Below are positions 9,547 to 19,358 of a stretch of DNA of 64,000 nucleotides, piece by piece. Below the pieces are notes generated by a model. It made no database searches and was not told the origin of the DNA. It worked only from the letters and a program-made list of their open reading frames with translations. The DNA comes from a virus (Duplodnaviria; Caudoviricetes). The DNA is taken from positions 1 through 64,000 of IMG/VR virus record IMGVR_UViG_2630968905_000003; one strand, given 5' to 3'. Both the position numbers and the translations under genes were made by a program. Position 1 is the stretch's first letter, and every line of letters starts with the position of its first letter.

Positions 9547-10868
9547 TACCAGCCTCCTAGTGCTCGCCAACCTGCATTGGGAATGTAAATTTGTGGCTGT
9601 CGGGCACCGAAATAGTACTGATCGCCGCCTTTGCGGTACGCATAGGTGAAGACGTAACCGCTTGGTGCATGCCAGCCTGTGTCCCTCTCCATTGCATGTT
9701 CCACATAACCGGCGAAACGAGTATCTGTGACCCGCCAGTTGTCTTGATCCGCAATTGTTCCTTGCGACCAGCCTCCCACAGTATTTGCGTTGCCTGCACT
9801 TGCAGCGTAGCCAGCGTTGCCGGTGATATGCATCCAATAGGTTCCGCCGTCGCCATAGGCGGCAGTTGCCGTGCCTTTATAAACCGCACCTGGCAATCTA
9901 AGTGTTCCATCTGCTCGGAACTCGAAGGCGACATTTTCGTTGCCAGATGAATTCAGGTGATGGATCGCGAACCCTGCCGCCGCACCATTGGAATAATTGA
10001 GAACGCCAGCGGACCAGATACCGCCCCAACCGGGATTTCCGTATTTCTCGGCGATTACAGGCGCGTATGATGAGCCGGTGAGGCTGACTGAAGAATAAAA
10101 GGGAGCGCCTCGTGTCCACATTTGCGCGTAACCGCCACCTTCGGCATTCCCCCAGAACGAGGAACGGCCCCCCGAAACCGAAACGCCTCCAAGCGACCCT
10201 GTGAGCGTATCGCCTGCCTTGCTTACAAAAATTGCGGCCAGTGCAGCCTTGATGTTTGCCCATGTGATTTTGAACATGGTCGAGGCGCCAGCAAGAACGC
10301 CGCCGAAAAAATCGCCATCGTCGGGCGCTGCCTTGCCGTTGGCTCCGGCCATGGCAGCGCCAACCGTTGCGGTTGTTGTGAGCGCGGGCAGATAGGTGGA
10401 AGCAACCTTGCCATCAGCACCAAGGGGCGCGACACCACCGGCAGCGCCCTTATCGACAACACCAACCGCCTCGATGTTGTCTCGTGCGCGCTTCTTTTGC
10501 GCGAGGCTAAATTCCTGCGCATCATCAACGCGAACTCGCAGCCCAAGCGCTTTACCAATGGTTTCGGCCACACCGGCCAGCGCCTGGGTAAAAGACTGGC
10601 TGAGGCTTTGACTTGATTCCGAAATCGCGCTCCCCACCTGTTCGGTGGTCATCGCATCCGCAATGCCGTAGCCTTCAAGCGTCGTCGGCAGTTCCTCAAT
10701 ATCGCGGAACTTGTGCTTGTGGGCGTTATAGGCATCCACGAACGTCTTGAACGAGGCATCGATTTCGCTGATCGTGTCGCCGATCTGCTTGATCTCGACA
10801 ATCTGATTGCCCTGCGGCAGTGGCAGCGCCCAATTGTAGTTTGGCGAATATTTGCGTTGTTCTGCCAT
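9546..10868 (-). CDS. Tail fibre protein
   Basis: H.H.F.DI..LPTTL.GYGI.DA, GGVAPLGADGKV and K.GDTLTG motifs; Gly/aromatic-rich C-terminus. Confidence 0.88.
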   Translation of the reverse strand: MAEQRKYSPNYNWALPLPQGNQIVEIKQIGDTISEIDASFKTFVDAYNAHKHKFRDIEELPTTLEGYGIADAMTTEQVGSAISESSQSLSQSFTQALAGVAETIGKALGLRVRVDDAQEFSLAQKKRARDNIEAVGVVDKGAAGGVAPLGADGKVASTYLPALTTTATVGAAMAGANGKAAPDDGDFFGGVLAGASTMFKITWANIKAALAAIFVSKAGDTLTGSLGGVSVSGGRSSFWGNAEGGGYAQMWTRGAPFYSSVSLTGSSYAPVIAEKYGNPGWGGIWSAGVLNYSNGAAAGFAIHHLNSSGNENVAFEFRADGTLRLPGAVYKGTATAAYGDGGTYWMHITGNAGYAASAGNANTVGGWSQGTIADQDNWRVTDTRFAGYVEHAMERDTGWHAPSGYVFTYAYRKGGDQYYFGARQPQIYIPNAGWRALGGW

Positions 10869-10869
10869 G

Positions 10870-11901
10870 TCATGCCACCTTCGAAATCCACATGCGCAAG
10901 TTCGATATTTCTGGTCGCGCTGCTGGCGTTCCGTTCAAAACAATGCGGGTGCGGGCATCCAGATTTGCTTCAGGATAGTCGGGCCGCTCATAGGTCTGCT
11001 CGGCCACGCCGTCGCCAAGCGGGGTCGCCTCGATCGGCGCGACCTGGACGAAGTCACCTTGCACACCGATCGATATTTGCGCTGAAGAACCGCTCGGAAG
11101 CTTCGCCTCTATCGTGGTGACAACCTTGCTCGCGTCTTTGAACTCGACGGAGCGGGTTTCATAATTGGCGGTCGGCTGCAATTCGCCCTCGCGCACCTGG
11201 ACGCCGGGGAACACGAACGGCGTCACGCGGTCTGACCCGCGCAAATGGGCGAACACCTGAATATCCTCGTTGACGATATATTCGGTCAGCATGTGCGCCT
11301 GCGTCGGCGACGATACGATTTCGCTCCCATCCGGGCGCTTCAGGATAATCGCGACATCGGTGCCGGTTTCTGGATATTCCACACCAGCTGACACCAGAAT
11401 ATCGGACATTTTCGCCGCCTTGAACGTGCCGACATAGGCGCGCTTTTCGGTTTCGGTAAAGCGAGCACCGCGCAGCTTGCAGACCAGATAGGTGCCGTCC
11501 AGCGTGGTGACGGTCGCGCCGTTGGACGATATCTGAAGCGAGCCGACCGTGAACGGCTGCTGGCTGATGAGCTGGCCGGTTTTGTCCACGTCGCCCAGCC
11601 TGCCAACCGCCACCGTGCGCGTGGGATCGTCCGTCATGAGAACGATTGCAAGATTGCGGGCTTTCTCGGCGTAGACCGGATAGCGGAAATTGGCGTCAAA
11701 GAACTCGCCTTCTTTCAGCGCCGAGCCGGGGACATAGGCTTCGGCCAGAACCGTCTTCGGATCAGCCATGCCGTATTCCATGGGCCTGATCTGGACAAGA
11801 ACCGGCTTTGCGGGATCACCGACGCGAGCGCATTTGACCGACACGCCAGTAAGGCAACGCGATTCAGTCAGCACGAAGGGTTGCGAGATCGGGTTAGTCA
11901 T
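10870..11901 (-). CDS. Baseplate/virion structural protein, C-terminal part of DUF4815-like protein
   Basis: Starts NPISQPF (DPLAQTF-like), contains SSNGATVT; ATG overlaps upstream stop. Confidence 0.7.
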   Translation of the reverse strand: MTNPISQPFVLTESRCLTGVSVKCARVGDPAKPVLVQIRPMEYGMADPKTVLAEAYVPGSALKEGEFFDANFRYPVYAEKARNLAIVLMTDDPTRTVAVGRLGDVDKTGQLISQQPFTVGSLQISSNGATVTTLDGTYLVCKLRGARFTETEKRAYVGTFKAAKMSDILVSAGVEYPETGTDVAIILKRPDGSEIVSSPTQAHMLTEYIVNEDIQVFAHLRGSDRVTPFVFPGVQVREGELQPTANYETRSVEFKDASKVVTTIEAKLPSGSSAQISIGVQGDFVQVAPIEATPLGDGVAEQTYERPDYPEANLDARTRIVLNGTPAARPEISNLRMWISKVA

Positions 11902-14188
11902 GGTGCGCACTCCGGGGTTCACGCGGCTGGATCACGCGGGAATTGTTCTGATTGCCGGTCTGTTGGGTGACGTTGGTCACGTTGGTGACATTGTTGATGA
12001 CGGTGTTGTTGACGACCGGCTGCGGCATGGTTGCGGTCGTGGTCTGCACCGAAGTCGCAAGCCGGTATTCTTCCGTGGTGATCTCACCACGCGCCGCATA
12101 GGTGCACGAGGCTTCGGTGAACGCTCCCTGAAACACAACGATCTTGGTGCCGGTCGGAACCTTGGCCGGAATGTCGAGCGTCCCGGTGATGACGCCATCC
12201 TTGCCGGCAGGACCGGAAAGCGTTGCCGGCGCAATCTCGATTTCATCGAAGTAGATCTTGTCGAGTGTTTCGTTGGGCCGGAAACCTTCGATGCGGAACG
12301 CAAGCGAGCGCTGCCTTATGAACTCTGCCGCTTTCACATCGGTCCGGACTTTTTCGACATTGGCCGTGATGTCGATGCCGGTGATGTAATCGGGCAGATA
12401 TTCGCCCATCGAAGAATCGAAGCTTTGCGTTTCGCTTGATGACCAGACGGTGTTCTTGTCGGTCCACGTATCCGTTGCCGGATTAAGCGTTGCGCGACCC
12501 GGCACGGCGGTAAAGACGGCGTTCGGGTTGATCTCGATCTCGCCGCTTTCGCGCAACTGGCTCAGAACAATTTCCTCGGTGAATGGCAGCATCAAAGGTT
12601 CTGTCATCGTCGGGAACTCATGCGCCGTGGTCTTGATCGGCAGGCGCAGCTTGCCGCCATAGCTCGCAGCGGTCTGCGCCACGCCCTGGTCGCGCATGGC
12701 ATCATTGACAAAGGAATCGACAAACATTCCGCGCCGGGCCGAAACGTCCCGCGCGTTGACATCAAAGCGCAGGCGCAGCTGCGCCACCAGATCGGCCAGA
12801 TTGACCACCGTTTCCTTCAAATTGCGCATTTCCGAATAGTCCATATTCGGAACGGCCGTCTGCTCAATGCTTGGCAGCAAGCCCCAATTATTGGTGACGC
12901 GAGCAAGCTCCAGATGTGTTGAAGGAACGGACGGCGCGCGTGGCCGGGTTGCGGACGATGTTCCCTTGATATGAGCGAGATAGCCGCCTGGGATCAGCGC
13001 GATCACATCGATGCGCGGCAGCTTGTAGTCATAGTCAAGGAATACGTCCGTATCCTTGGCCGCGCCGCTGATCTTGAGCGAACCGCGCCCGATGGCTTCA
13101 GGCGCAAGGATGATGTTCTCATAATACTGGTAGTGGATTTCATAGGAGGCGCCCGGCGCGGGTTCCGGGCCGGACGGCGACCAGTCGAGCGAACCGCCCG
13201 AATTGATCCATGACGTGGTGGCCGGATATTCGCGCGTCGTATCCCACACCTTGAAAATCTGTTTGATGGACGAATGCGGCAGCTGATCGGTAACGCCGGT
13301 ATAGGAACCGTGCACGATCGTCTGCGTTGTCTCCTTCACTATGGTGACGCGGCGAACCTTGGCGATAGGTGACTTGGTGAGCTGGATGGTTTGCTCGCCG
13401 CCTGTCTCGGCGGTGAAACGGTGCGTTTCATTATCGACGGGCGCAAGGTCCGGTTCTTCAGGAATGACAAACCGCAATGCCTGGGAACGCGCCGTACGCC
13501 AGCCGTTGAGCCATGCCACGCCTTCGGAAACCGAAAACACCTGGTTGCCCTGGGCGTCGATCTCGACAGCCGTCACGTGATAGCCGGAATTGACAAAGCT
13601 GCCGTTGCTTTCGTCCGACTGGCGAGCGAGCGCCTTGTAGATTTCCGAGAATTCGGTGTTGGTGTCCGACATCAATATCGTGCCGTCGAGAACGGTATAG
13701 ACATTGACGAGCGGGATTTCATTGTCGAGACGCGAATGCGACCACGCGACGGTAATTTCGATCCGGCTCGCGCCCGGCTGCATAAAAGCCTGCGTATCGG
13801 GAATGCTGCCCTTGAGCGACGGATCGGCCACATCGTCCACTGTGTTTTCGGTGACGATCACGCCGATATAGGCCGTGCCCGCTTTGGCAAGCACGAACTC
13901 GGCGGCAGGAACATCATGGAAATAGCCGCCCACATAGACGGTGCAATCGCCGAGCTTTACGCGGATATGGTCTTCGTCAACTTCCTCGACAACCGGGGCC
14001 GGGCCAGCCGTAACGCGTCCGTCCTGGAACAGCGCGTCGAACCCGCGCCGCATCTTGTCGTCGGCCATGGACTGAAGTTCGTTCAGGTCCGTCGATTGCA
14101 GATAGAGCTTTTTCTTGAAGGCAAGGGCGAACCGCTTTGCACTTCGGCTGTAGCGGTCAAGAAAGCCGTGTCGAATGAAAATGCTCAT
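11894..14188 (-). CDS. DUF4815-like virion structural protein, N-terminal part
   Basis: LQSTDLNELQ, YDYKLPRID and GMFVDSF.ND.MRDQG motifs. Confidence 0.8.
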   Translation of the reverse strand: MSIFIRHGFLDRYSRSAKRFALAFKKKLYLQSTDLNELQSMADDKMRRGFDALFQDGRVTAGPAPVVEEVDEDHIRVKLGDCTVYVGGYFHDVPAAEFVLAKAGTAYIGVIVTENTVDDVADPSLKGSIPDTQAFMQPGASRIEITVAWSHSRLDNEIPLVNVYTVLDGTILMSDTNTEFSEIYKALARQSDESNGSFVNSGYHVTAVEIDAQGNQVFSVSEGVAWLNGWRTARSQALRFVIPEEPDLAPVDNETHRFTAETGGEQTIQLTKSPIAKVRRVTIVKETTQTIVHGSYTGVTDQLPHSSIKQIFKVWDTTREYPATTSWINSGGSLDWSPSGPEPAPGASYEIHYQYYENIILAPEAIGRGSLKISGAAKDTDVFLDYDYKLPRIDVIALIPGGYLAHIKGTSSATRPRAPSVPSTHLELARVTNNWGLLPSIEQTAVPNMDYSEMRNLKETVVNLADLVAQLRLRFDVNARDVSARRGMFVDSFVNDAMRDQGVAQTAASYGGKLRLPIKTTAHEFPTMTEPLMLPFTEEIVLSQLRESGEIEINPNAVFTAVPGRATLNPATDTWTDKNTVWSSSETQSFDSSMGEYLPDYITGIDITANVEKVRTDVKAAEFIRQRSLAFRIEGFRPNETLDKIYFDEIEIAPATLSGPAGKDGVITGTLDIPAKVPTGTKIVVFQGAFTEASCTYAARGEITTEEYRLATSVQTTTATMPQPVVNNTVINNVTNVTNVTQQTGNQNNSRVIQPREPRSAHHD

Positions 14189-14193
14189 AGGGC

Positions 14194-14718
14194 TTAGACC
14201 TCAAGAATTGGCGTCATCGACTGGCTTAGCGAACCGTCGCGAACAATCGGGGGAAAGCGGGTGAGCTGGATCAGCGTGCCGAGCGAAGTCACGTCCGCAA
14301 GCGGCACGTACATTTGACCGGCTGGAACGCTGGCCGCGAACTGCGTGCCGACATAAACGCCGCTTTCGCGCAAAGAGAAGCCAGTCGCCTCTTCCAGCTC
14401 CAGCAGATATTCGAGCATGAAAGCCGGACGCGGATCGTTGGTTTTCGACCACTTGGAGCCGTCCAGCATGACGATCGTTCCAGCCTCATCCGGCACAACG
14501 AAGGATTTCGAGCGGATGCGGGTAAAGCCGACGCAGTTTTTGAGGGCGGTTTCTTGAGATAGCGCCGCCATTTCGAGCGATTCTTCCTCTGGCGTGGCAG
14601 GCGGCGGAATATCATCCCAGGCGGGATCGCCACTTCCAACAGCCAGAAAAAGCGGCTGTTGCATCAGCAACTGTGCGACAATGGTGCGGGAACCGACGGT
14701 AAAAACTGGAGTAGCCAT
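14194..14718 (-). CDS. Baseplate-region protein
   Basis: LAVGSGDPAWD and LRESGVY motifs; baseplate cluster context. Confidence 0.75.
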   Translation of the reverse strand: MATPVFTVGSRTIVAQLLMQQPLFLAVGSGDPAWDDIPPPATPEEESLEMAALSQETALKNCVGFTRIRSKSFVVPDEAGTIVMLDGSKWSKTNDPRPAFMLEYLLELEEATGFSLRESGVYVGTQFAASVPAGQMYVPLADVTSLGTLIQLTRFPPIVRDGSLSQSMTPILEV

Positions 14719-15546
14719 CTATGAAAGCCCTAAATGCGCCCGGAAAGCTGGCTTTCCGAACGGTGCGGAGACGAAAGGCGCGTTCCGGAACGGCTGGATA
14801 GCCGGTTCGCTATAGCGCGTGAGGCGAGTTGATAGTGCTGCGAACATGCCCTGCTGCTGCCGCAACGGCAGATCGTAGCGGACACGGTAGGGCTGGGTCA
14901 GGTGTGTGGCGTACCGCACCGTGACGACACTCTGGGGCCAGAAGCGAACACGGTCACGGTGATGGAAACGCAACGACAAAACGGGTTCGTCCGGTGTCCG
15001 GCGAATGCCCGACCAGTCATCAAGGTAAGCGCCGCCGTCGAGCTGGTGCGTATCGAGCCGGAAAGCCCGAACATCCCATCCAGCCGTCACACGAATGAAA
15101 TCCGATCGCAGCGGCTTTGACGCTTTGGCGAGCCGCATCATCGGCTTTACAAAGTCTGTGTTGCGGACCTCAAACGGCAGGTGGATTTGAAACTGCCACC
15201 ACTTTGCATCATCGAACGCGGCCTCCTCGATATCGCCGTCATGACGTATCCATCGCAATGCCTTGTGCATGGCGGCGGGCGTGCCGATCAGGCGTTGCCA
15301 AGCCACTCCCTCAAGCAGCGCGGCGCGCAGATCAGGCAGATAATCGGCAATTTCATTCAGCCCGTATTCGGCTATCAGATAGGGAACAATCTGATCCGGT
15401 GGGTTGAACTTGAAGCCGCGAAGCGATTCCACACCCGGCATCAAGGCCGGAAGCTTATCAAGGGATTCCGACAGAACACGCTCCAAGGGCGTGGGTGCTG
15501 CATCGTCGCCGAGGAGATGTTGTCTTTCCATCACGCCGGCCATCAA
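14719..15546 (-). CDS. Tail protein I-like (baseplate wedge)
   Basis: WQRLIGTPAAM..AL motif; after gpJ. Confidence 0.78.
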   Translation of the reverse strand: MMAGVMERQHLLGDDAAPTPLERVLSESLDKLPALMPGVESLRGFKFNPPDQIVPYLIAEYGLNEIADYLPDLRAALLEGVAWQRLIGTPAAMHKALRWIRHDGDIEEAAFDDAKWWQFQIHLPFEVRNTDFVKPMMRLAKASKPLRSDFIRVTAGWDVRAFRLDTHQLDGGAYLDDWSGIRRTPDEPVLSLRFHHRDRVRFWPQSVVTVRYATHLTQPYRVRYDLPLRQQQGMFAALSTRLTRYSEPAIQPFRNAPFVSAPFGKPAFRAHLGLS

Positions 15547-16400
15547 TAGTCCCGTCCCATATAGTTGAGCTTTATTGCGCCGGGAGTGAGCGCCACACCT
15601 GCAGATGCGATAACCGGCGCGGATGGGCTGCGAACATGCACCCGCTTCACGCCAGCGACATGCAGGCGCGCCTCAATCCATGACGGTTCCAGATCAAACC
15701 CTATTCCGGCTTCCGCCTGCCACGCTTGCCGCAGGATTTCGGGCAGCACATCCATCAAACCGAAAGCAGCATCCGGCAGAAGCCAAATATCGGCATCGAT
15801 ATCAGTGCCCGTAGCGACGGCAGGCTCGACAATCAGCGTATCATTGAGAAGCCGTACCCTGTCGCTCATGACCTCGGCAGTGACCGCATCCAGCATCGCT
15901 TGATCGGGAATGCCACCGCTCGCGCTGGACAGCACAGCAATATGAATGATTGGCCAGAAAGCTTCCCGATAAACTTTGACGCTGCGAATGCGAACGTCTG
16001 CTCGCTTGGCCGCAGCCGCATACCACCATTCCGAGCCGCCGGGAGAGCGTGCCTTGATCGCAAGCACTGTGCGATCGCGCAGCGCATTGTCGGTCTCGCC
16101 GACCAGCCGCTCGACATCATAAAAATGTGCGAGGTGATCTAGGTCGCCGCCAAGCGCGAAAGCTAGGAGGTTCGCCATGGCGGCATCGTTTATTGCTGTG
16201 CGCAAGGTGACCTCGCGCATGCTGTCGGCGAGGTGAACCACTTTCAGGATATCGGTTTCAAGATGACCGACATCGTAGTCAATCCCGGCGTCCGCCAAAC
16301 GCAGACGCAGGTCCGCCATGCGTTCAGCAAGGATGGCTTCAAAATAGAAAGTCTTGATCACCTCTGGCGGTGGCAAGGTGGAAAAATCGAAAGTGCTCAT
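15543..16400 (-). CDS. Baseplate assembly protein J
   Basis: LAFALGGDLDHLA and GETDNALRDR motifs. Confidence 0.9.
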   Translation of the reverse strand: MSTFDFSTLPPPEVIKTFYFEAILAERMADLRLRLADAGIDYDVGHLETDILKVVHLADSMREVTLRTAINDAAMANLLAFALGGDLDHLAHFYDVERLVGETDNALRDRTVLAIKARSPGGSEWWYAAAAKRADVRIRSVKVYREAFWPIIHIAVLSSASGGIPDQAMLDAVTAEVMSDRVRLLNDTLIVEPAVATGTDIDADIWLLPDAAFGLMDVLPEILRQAWQAEAGIGFDLEPSWIEARLHVAGVKRVHVRSPSAPVIASAGVALTPGAIKLNYMGRDY

Positions 16401-16795
16401 AACGGTTTCACCACGACAGTGCCGGAGGAAATGCCAAGCCCGAAGGTGAGGACGCGCTCGACGGTCATATCGCCCAGGTGACCACGAGGACGGTAGTCCA
16501 CCAAAATCTGGAAACCTGCGTGCCCCAAACGAATCTGGTCAACGGTGCCGGTCACGATGATGCGACGGACCAGAAAGCGCGGCTCCCAAAGGTCAATCGC
16601 CGTGGCAATAAGCGATTGGAAGGCAGCAAACAGGTGCGGGGTCATCTTACGGCCCAGCAATTCGACGATGCCGGCCCCGAACTCGCGGCGTCCGACAAGC
16701 GAACCGATGCGGCGCATCAGGATCACTTCCACGGACTGGTAGGCCGATTCCAGATTGGAGATTGGCAGGCCAGTGAAGCGGCTAATTCCCACCAT
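16397..16795 (-). CDS. Baseplate wedge protein W / gp25-like
   Basis: GSLVGRREFG and AIDLWEPR motifs. Confidence 0.88.
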   Translation of the reverse strand: MVGISRFTGLPISNLESAYQSVEVILMRRIGSLVGRREFGAGIVELLGRKMTPHLFAAFQSLIATAIDLWEPRFLVRRIIVTGTVDQIRLGHAGFQILVDYRPRGHLGDMTVERVLTFGLGISSGTVVVKPL

Positions 16796-16973
16796 CGTTT
16801 TCGGCCTCGCCGCGTTCTGTCGACCTGGGCTTGGGGGCAACCGGCTCGATCCGCCCATGGTCGAGATCAAACCGGGCTTCCGACGCCGTGAGGGACACCT
16901 TGCCGGAGCTTGGCACACGTGCGCCATTCACCCAGCCCACGCCGGGCCGGACGCGATAGGTATTCTTGCTCAT
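16782..16973 (-). CDS. Small hypothetical tail-region protein
   Basis: Fills the gap between gpV and gpW; SD upstream. Confidence 0.65.
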   Translation of the reverse strand: MSKNTYRVRPGVGWVNGARVPSSGKVSLTASEARFDLDHGRIEPVAPKPRSTERGEAENDGGN

Positions 16974-16984
16974 GATGGGTTCTT

Positions 16985-17506
16985 TCAGTTCGCAGGTTCG
17001 TCGGTTGTCGCGCCGCCACGATCGACGCCGCCATGAATGTGCGTGTCGCCGATATTGGCTTCATTGTGCTTGACGTGGCCGTCCTTGAAGTCGACGTTGC
17101 CTTTGACGACAAGATTGCCGTCGATTGTTACAGTCCCGTCCTTGACGGTCACCGTGACACCAAATGCCTTCAGGACATTGGCAAGCAGATCGGCACTCGG
17201 CGGTTGGTTGACGTCGGAAAAGCCGCCGCGCAGCAAAATGCCCTGCCGTGCATCGCCGGTCGGATTGATCATTCCGACAATCTGTCCCTTCGACAGCGGC
17301 GCCCAGGTGCTGGTTGCGCCGCCCGATTCTGGATGCGGGTACCATGGCGACAGAAACGGTTGGCCGTTTTCGTCCTCGCCAAGCTTAATCCGGTAGCCCC
17401 TCTTCGCATCGACCTGTTCGATGGGGCCGACTTTCAGGGATTTACCGAAGGCTGTCTTCAGCATCTCTATGTCGATCTTCATTGCGAGCAGGTCGCGATA
17501 CATCAT
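16985..17506 (-). CDS. Baseplate spike protein V
   Basis: C-terminal THIHGGV..G metal-binding tip. Confidence 0.9.
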   Translation of the reverse strand: MMYRDLLAMKIDIEMLKTAFGKSLKVGPIEQVDAKRGYRIKLGEDENGQPFLSPWYPHPESGGATSTWAPLSKGQIVGMINPTGDARQGILLRGGFSDVNQPPSADLLANVLKAFGVTVTVKDGTVTIDGNLVVKGNVDFKDGHVKHNEANIGDTHIHGGVDRGGATTDEPAN

Positions 17507-18321
17507 GGCACCTCTGCTGTTGGTGACAGGCCATCAATTTCGATTGTGCTGCCGGTCCATGCCGGTGTTGCCCGATCCGCGTCCGACGCATGCGGACCAA
17601 GCCCCAGCGCAAGCAGTTCCTGCGCAGTCATCCCGTGCACCTGCTGCAGTCGTTCCCAAGGCTCGCGGTTTCCGGTGATGATGGCCTCCATGAAGGTGGC
17701 CTTTTTTTGCAGGCTTTCATCCTCGCTTGCCAGCGCAAGGGCAATAAAGCGCGCGAATGGTGCTTCGGGATCGAGCGGACATCTGGGTTCCGGGTCATCG
17801 ATCAGGTCGACGATGATTTTCGTTTGATGGGCTGCAAGGCGAATACCATCGGCAATATTGCCGACGCGGGTTCGCTCTGTCGAAACGGTGCGGTAGATGA
17901 AACTAAGGAATAGCTGTCCCCAGGCATTGTCCGGATCGGTCAGCGCCTGCACGATTTCCCGCGAAATGAGATCGAGCGTGAATTCGAAATTCCCGTCAGT
18001 GCCGGGAATGCCAATTTCAGGAAGTCTGTTCTCACCAGTTTCCGGATCGGTAACGCCCATGCTGGCCGTTACTCCTGTTTCGAACATGATTTCCGTTCGC
18101 CCGTTCAACAGCAAAGAGCGCAATTCATTATCGCCTACCTGCGTTTTCCCAACATCGGTATATATCGCGATGAAATACTGATCGGATTCTATGGTAACAG
18201 TGCCGCCACTATCGCTGTCGATAATGCCGATTTCGCTGTCCAACACATTCATCAAGGCGCGGGTGCGGCCCTTGAGCGCCTCGACCGCAGTAGTGCGCAG
18301 TGCGATGCGGGCAAGACTCAT
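17503..18321 (-). CDS. Neck/tail completion-region protein
   Basis: Coupled ORF between head-tail joining gene and gpV. Confidence 0.7.
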   Translation of the reverse strand: MSLARIALRTTAVEALKGRTRALMNVLDSEIGIIDSDSGGTVTIESDQYFIAIYTDVGKTQVGDNELRSLLLNGRTEIMFETGVTASMGVTDPETGENRLPEIGIPGTDGNFEFTLDLISREIVQALTDPDNAWGQLFLSFIYRTVSTERTRVGNIADGIRLAAHQTKIIVDLIDDPEPRCPLDPEAPFARFIALALASEDESLQKKATFMEAIITGNREPWERLQQVHGMTAQELLALGLGPHASDADRATPAWTGSTIEIDGLSPTAEVP

Positions 18322-18323
18322 GA

Positions 18324-18728
18324 TCAGACATCCTTTGGTTTCAACGACGCGGATTCGCCCAAAATTGCATAGAGGCGCCGGTGTGAGCGGGCATCCACGA
18401 ATTGCACCTCGAACATCGGCTGGTCCTTACGGGAAAGCGCGCAGACGCGGAAGCCTTTGGCGAGTTCAAGTTCCGGATACGCGGCGCGGTCAATCGCCAG
18501 TGTCGCCTTGCCGGCGGCAAGCTTGATATTCCAATCGGCATTGTTGCCGCCATCGGGCTGGAACGCATCGCGGCCCGCCGTTCGCAGGACGGCATTAATG
18601 TCGGTTGGTTTGCGCCCCAAAATCGTCTGTCCCTTTTCGAGGAAGAAGATGCGCAGCGGTTCGGCAAACTCCGCATCCACTTCGTCGTATAGCGCGTCCC
18701 GGTGTTCTTCGAAGGGCGACGGGCTCAT
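18324..18728 (-). CDS. Putative head-tail joining protein
   Basis: Size and position; beta-rich sequence. Confidence 0.6.
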   Translation of the reverse strand: MSPSPFEEHRDALYDEVDAEFAEPLRIFFLEKGQTILGRKPTDINAVLRTAGRDAFQPDGGNNADWNIKLAAGKATLAIDRAAYPELELAKGFRVCALSRKDQPMFEVQFVDARSHRRLYAILGESASLKPKDV

Positions 18729-19291
18729 TTCGATTTGCCGCTGTCGCCGTCCATTTTCAGGGATTCCTGCGTCTGAACCGGGGGCTTTGTGGCTTCGGCC
18801 AGTTGCTCGGTCAGCATGACGACATTATTGCGTTCCGCTTCCAGTTCCTTGCCGAGCCGGTCGCGTTCATCCGCAAAGGCCTTGTCTGCATCCGTCAAAT
18901 CGGCCTGCAGGGAGCCGATCTCGCCGGAAAGCTTGACCTTGTCCGATTCCAGTGCGGAAATCTTCTTGTCGGCCTCATCCAGTTCGGCAATAAGCTTTTC
19001 GTTCTCGGAGGTGAGCCGGGCGATTTGCTCATTGAGCGCTTCCAACGTTTCCGCATCCGCCCGCGCGGTTTCGGCATCCCTTGCCGCCGATGCGGCGTCG
19101 GCCTTCTTCCGCGTCTCTGCCTCGACAAAATCATAGGCGATGCGGTCGGAAATCAGATGCTCGCCGTAAAATCTCGGAACTTCGATCGGCTCATGAGGGA
19201 GAACGGAAACGTTTGCAGGCTTTTCCAGAACCCCGGCAGGTATAATGCCGCCGTGCGGAAATGCGACGACGATAGTGGATTTCTTCGACAT
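18725..19291 (-). CDS. Coiled-coil hypothetical protein
   Basis: Heptad-rich acidic C-terminal half; follows capsid gene. Confidence 0.7.
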   Translation of the reverse strand: MSKKSTIVVAFPHGGIIPAGVLEKPANVSVLPHEPIEVPRFYGEHLISDRIAYDFVEAETRKKADAASAARDAETARADAETLEALNEQIARLTSENEKLIAELDEADKKISALESDKVKLSGEIGSLQADLTDADKAFADERDRLGKELEAERNNVVMLTEQLAEATKPPVQTQESLKMDGDSGKSK

Positions 19292-19358
19292 GGGTGAACC
19301 TCATGCATGAACACTGCGGCCCGCTTCAACGGACGCGGGCCTGTGCTCCTAATGCTGG

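Noticed and set aside
9546-10868. Invertible tail-fibre cassette
   Set aside because: No invertase, no inverted crossover sites and no alternative fibre end on the opposite strand
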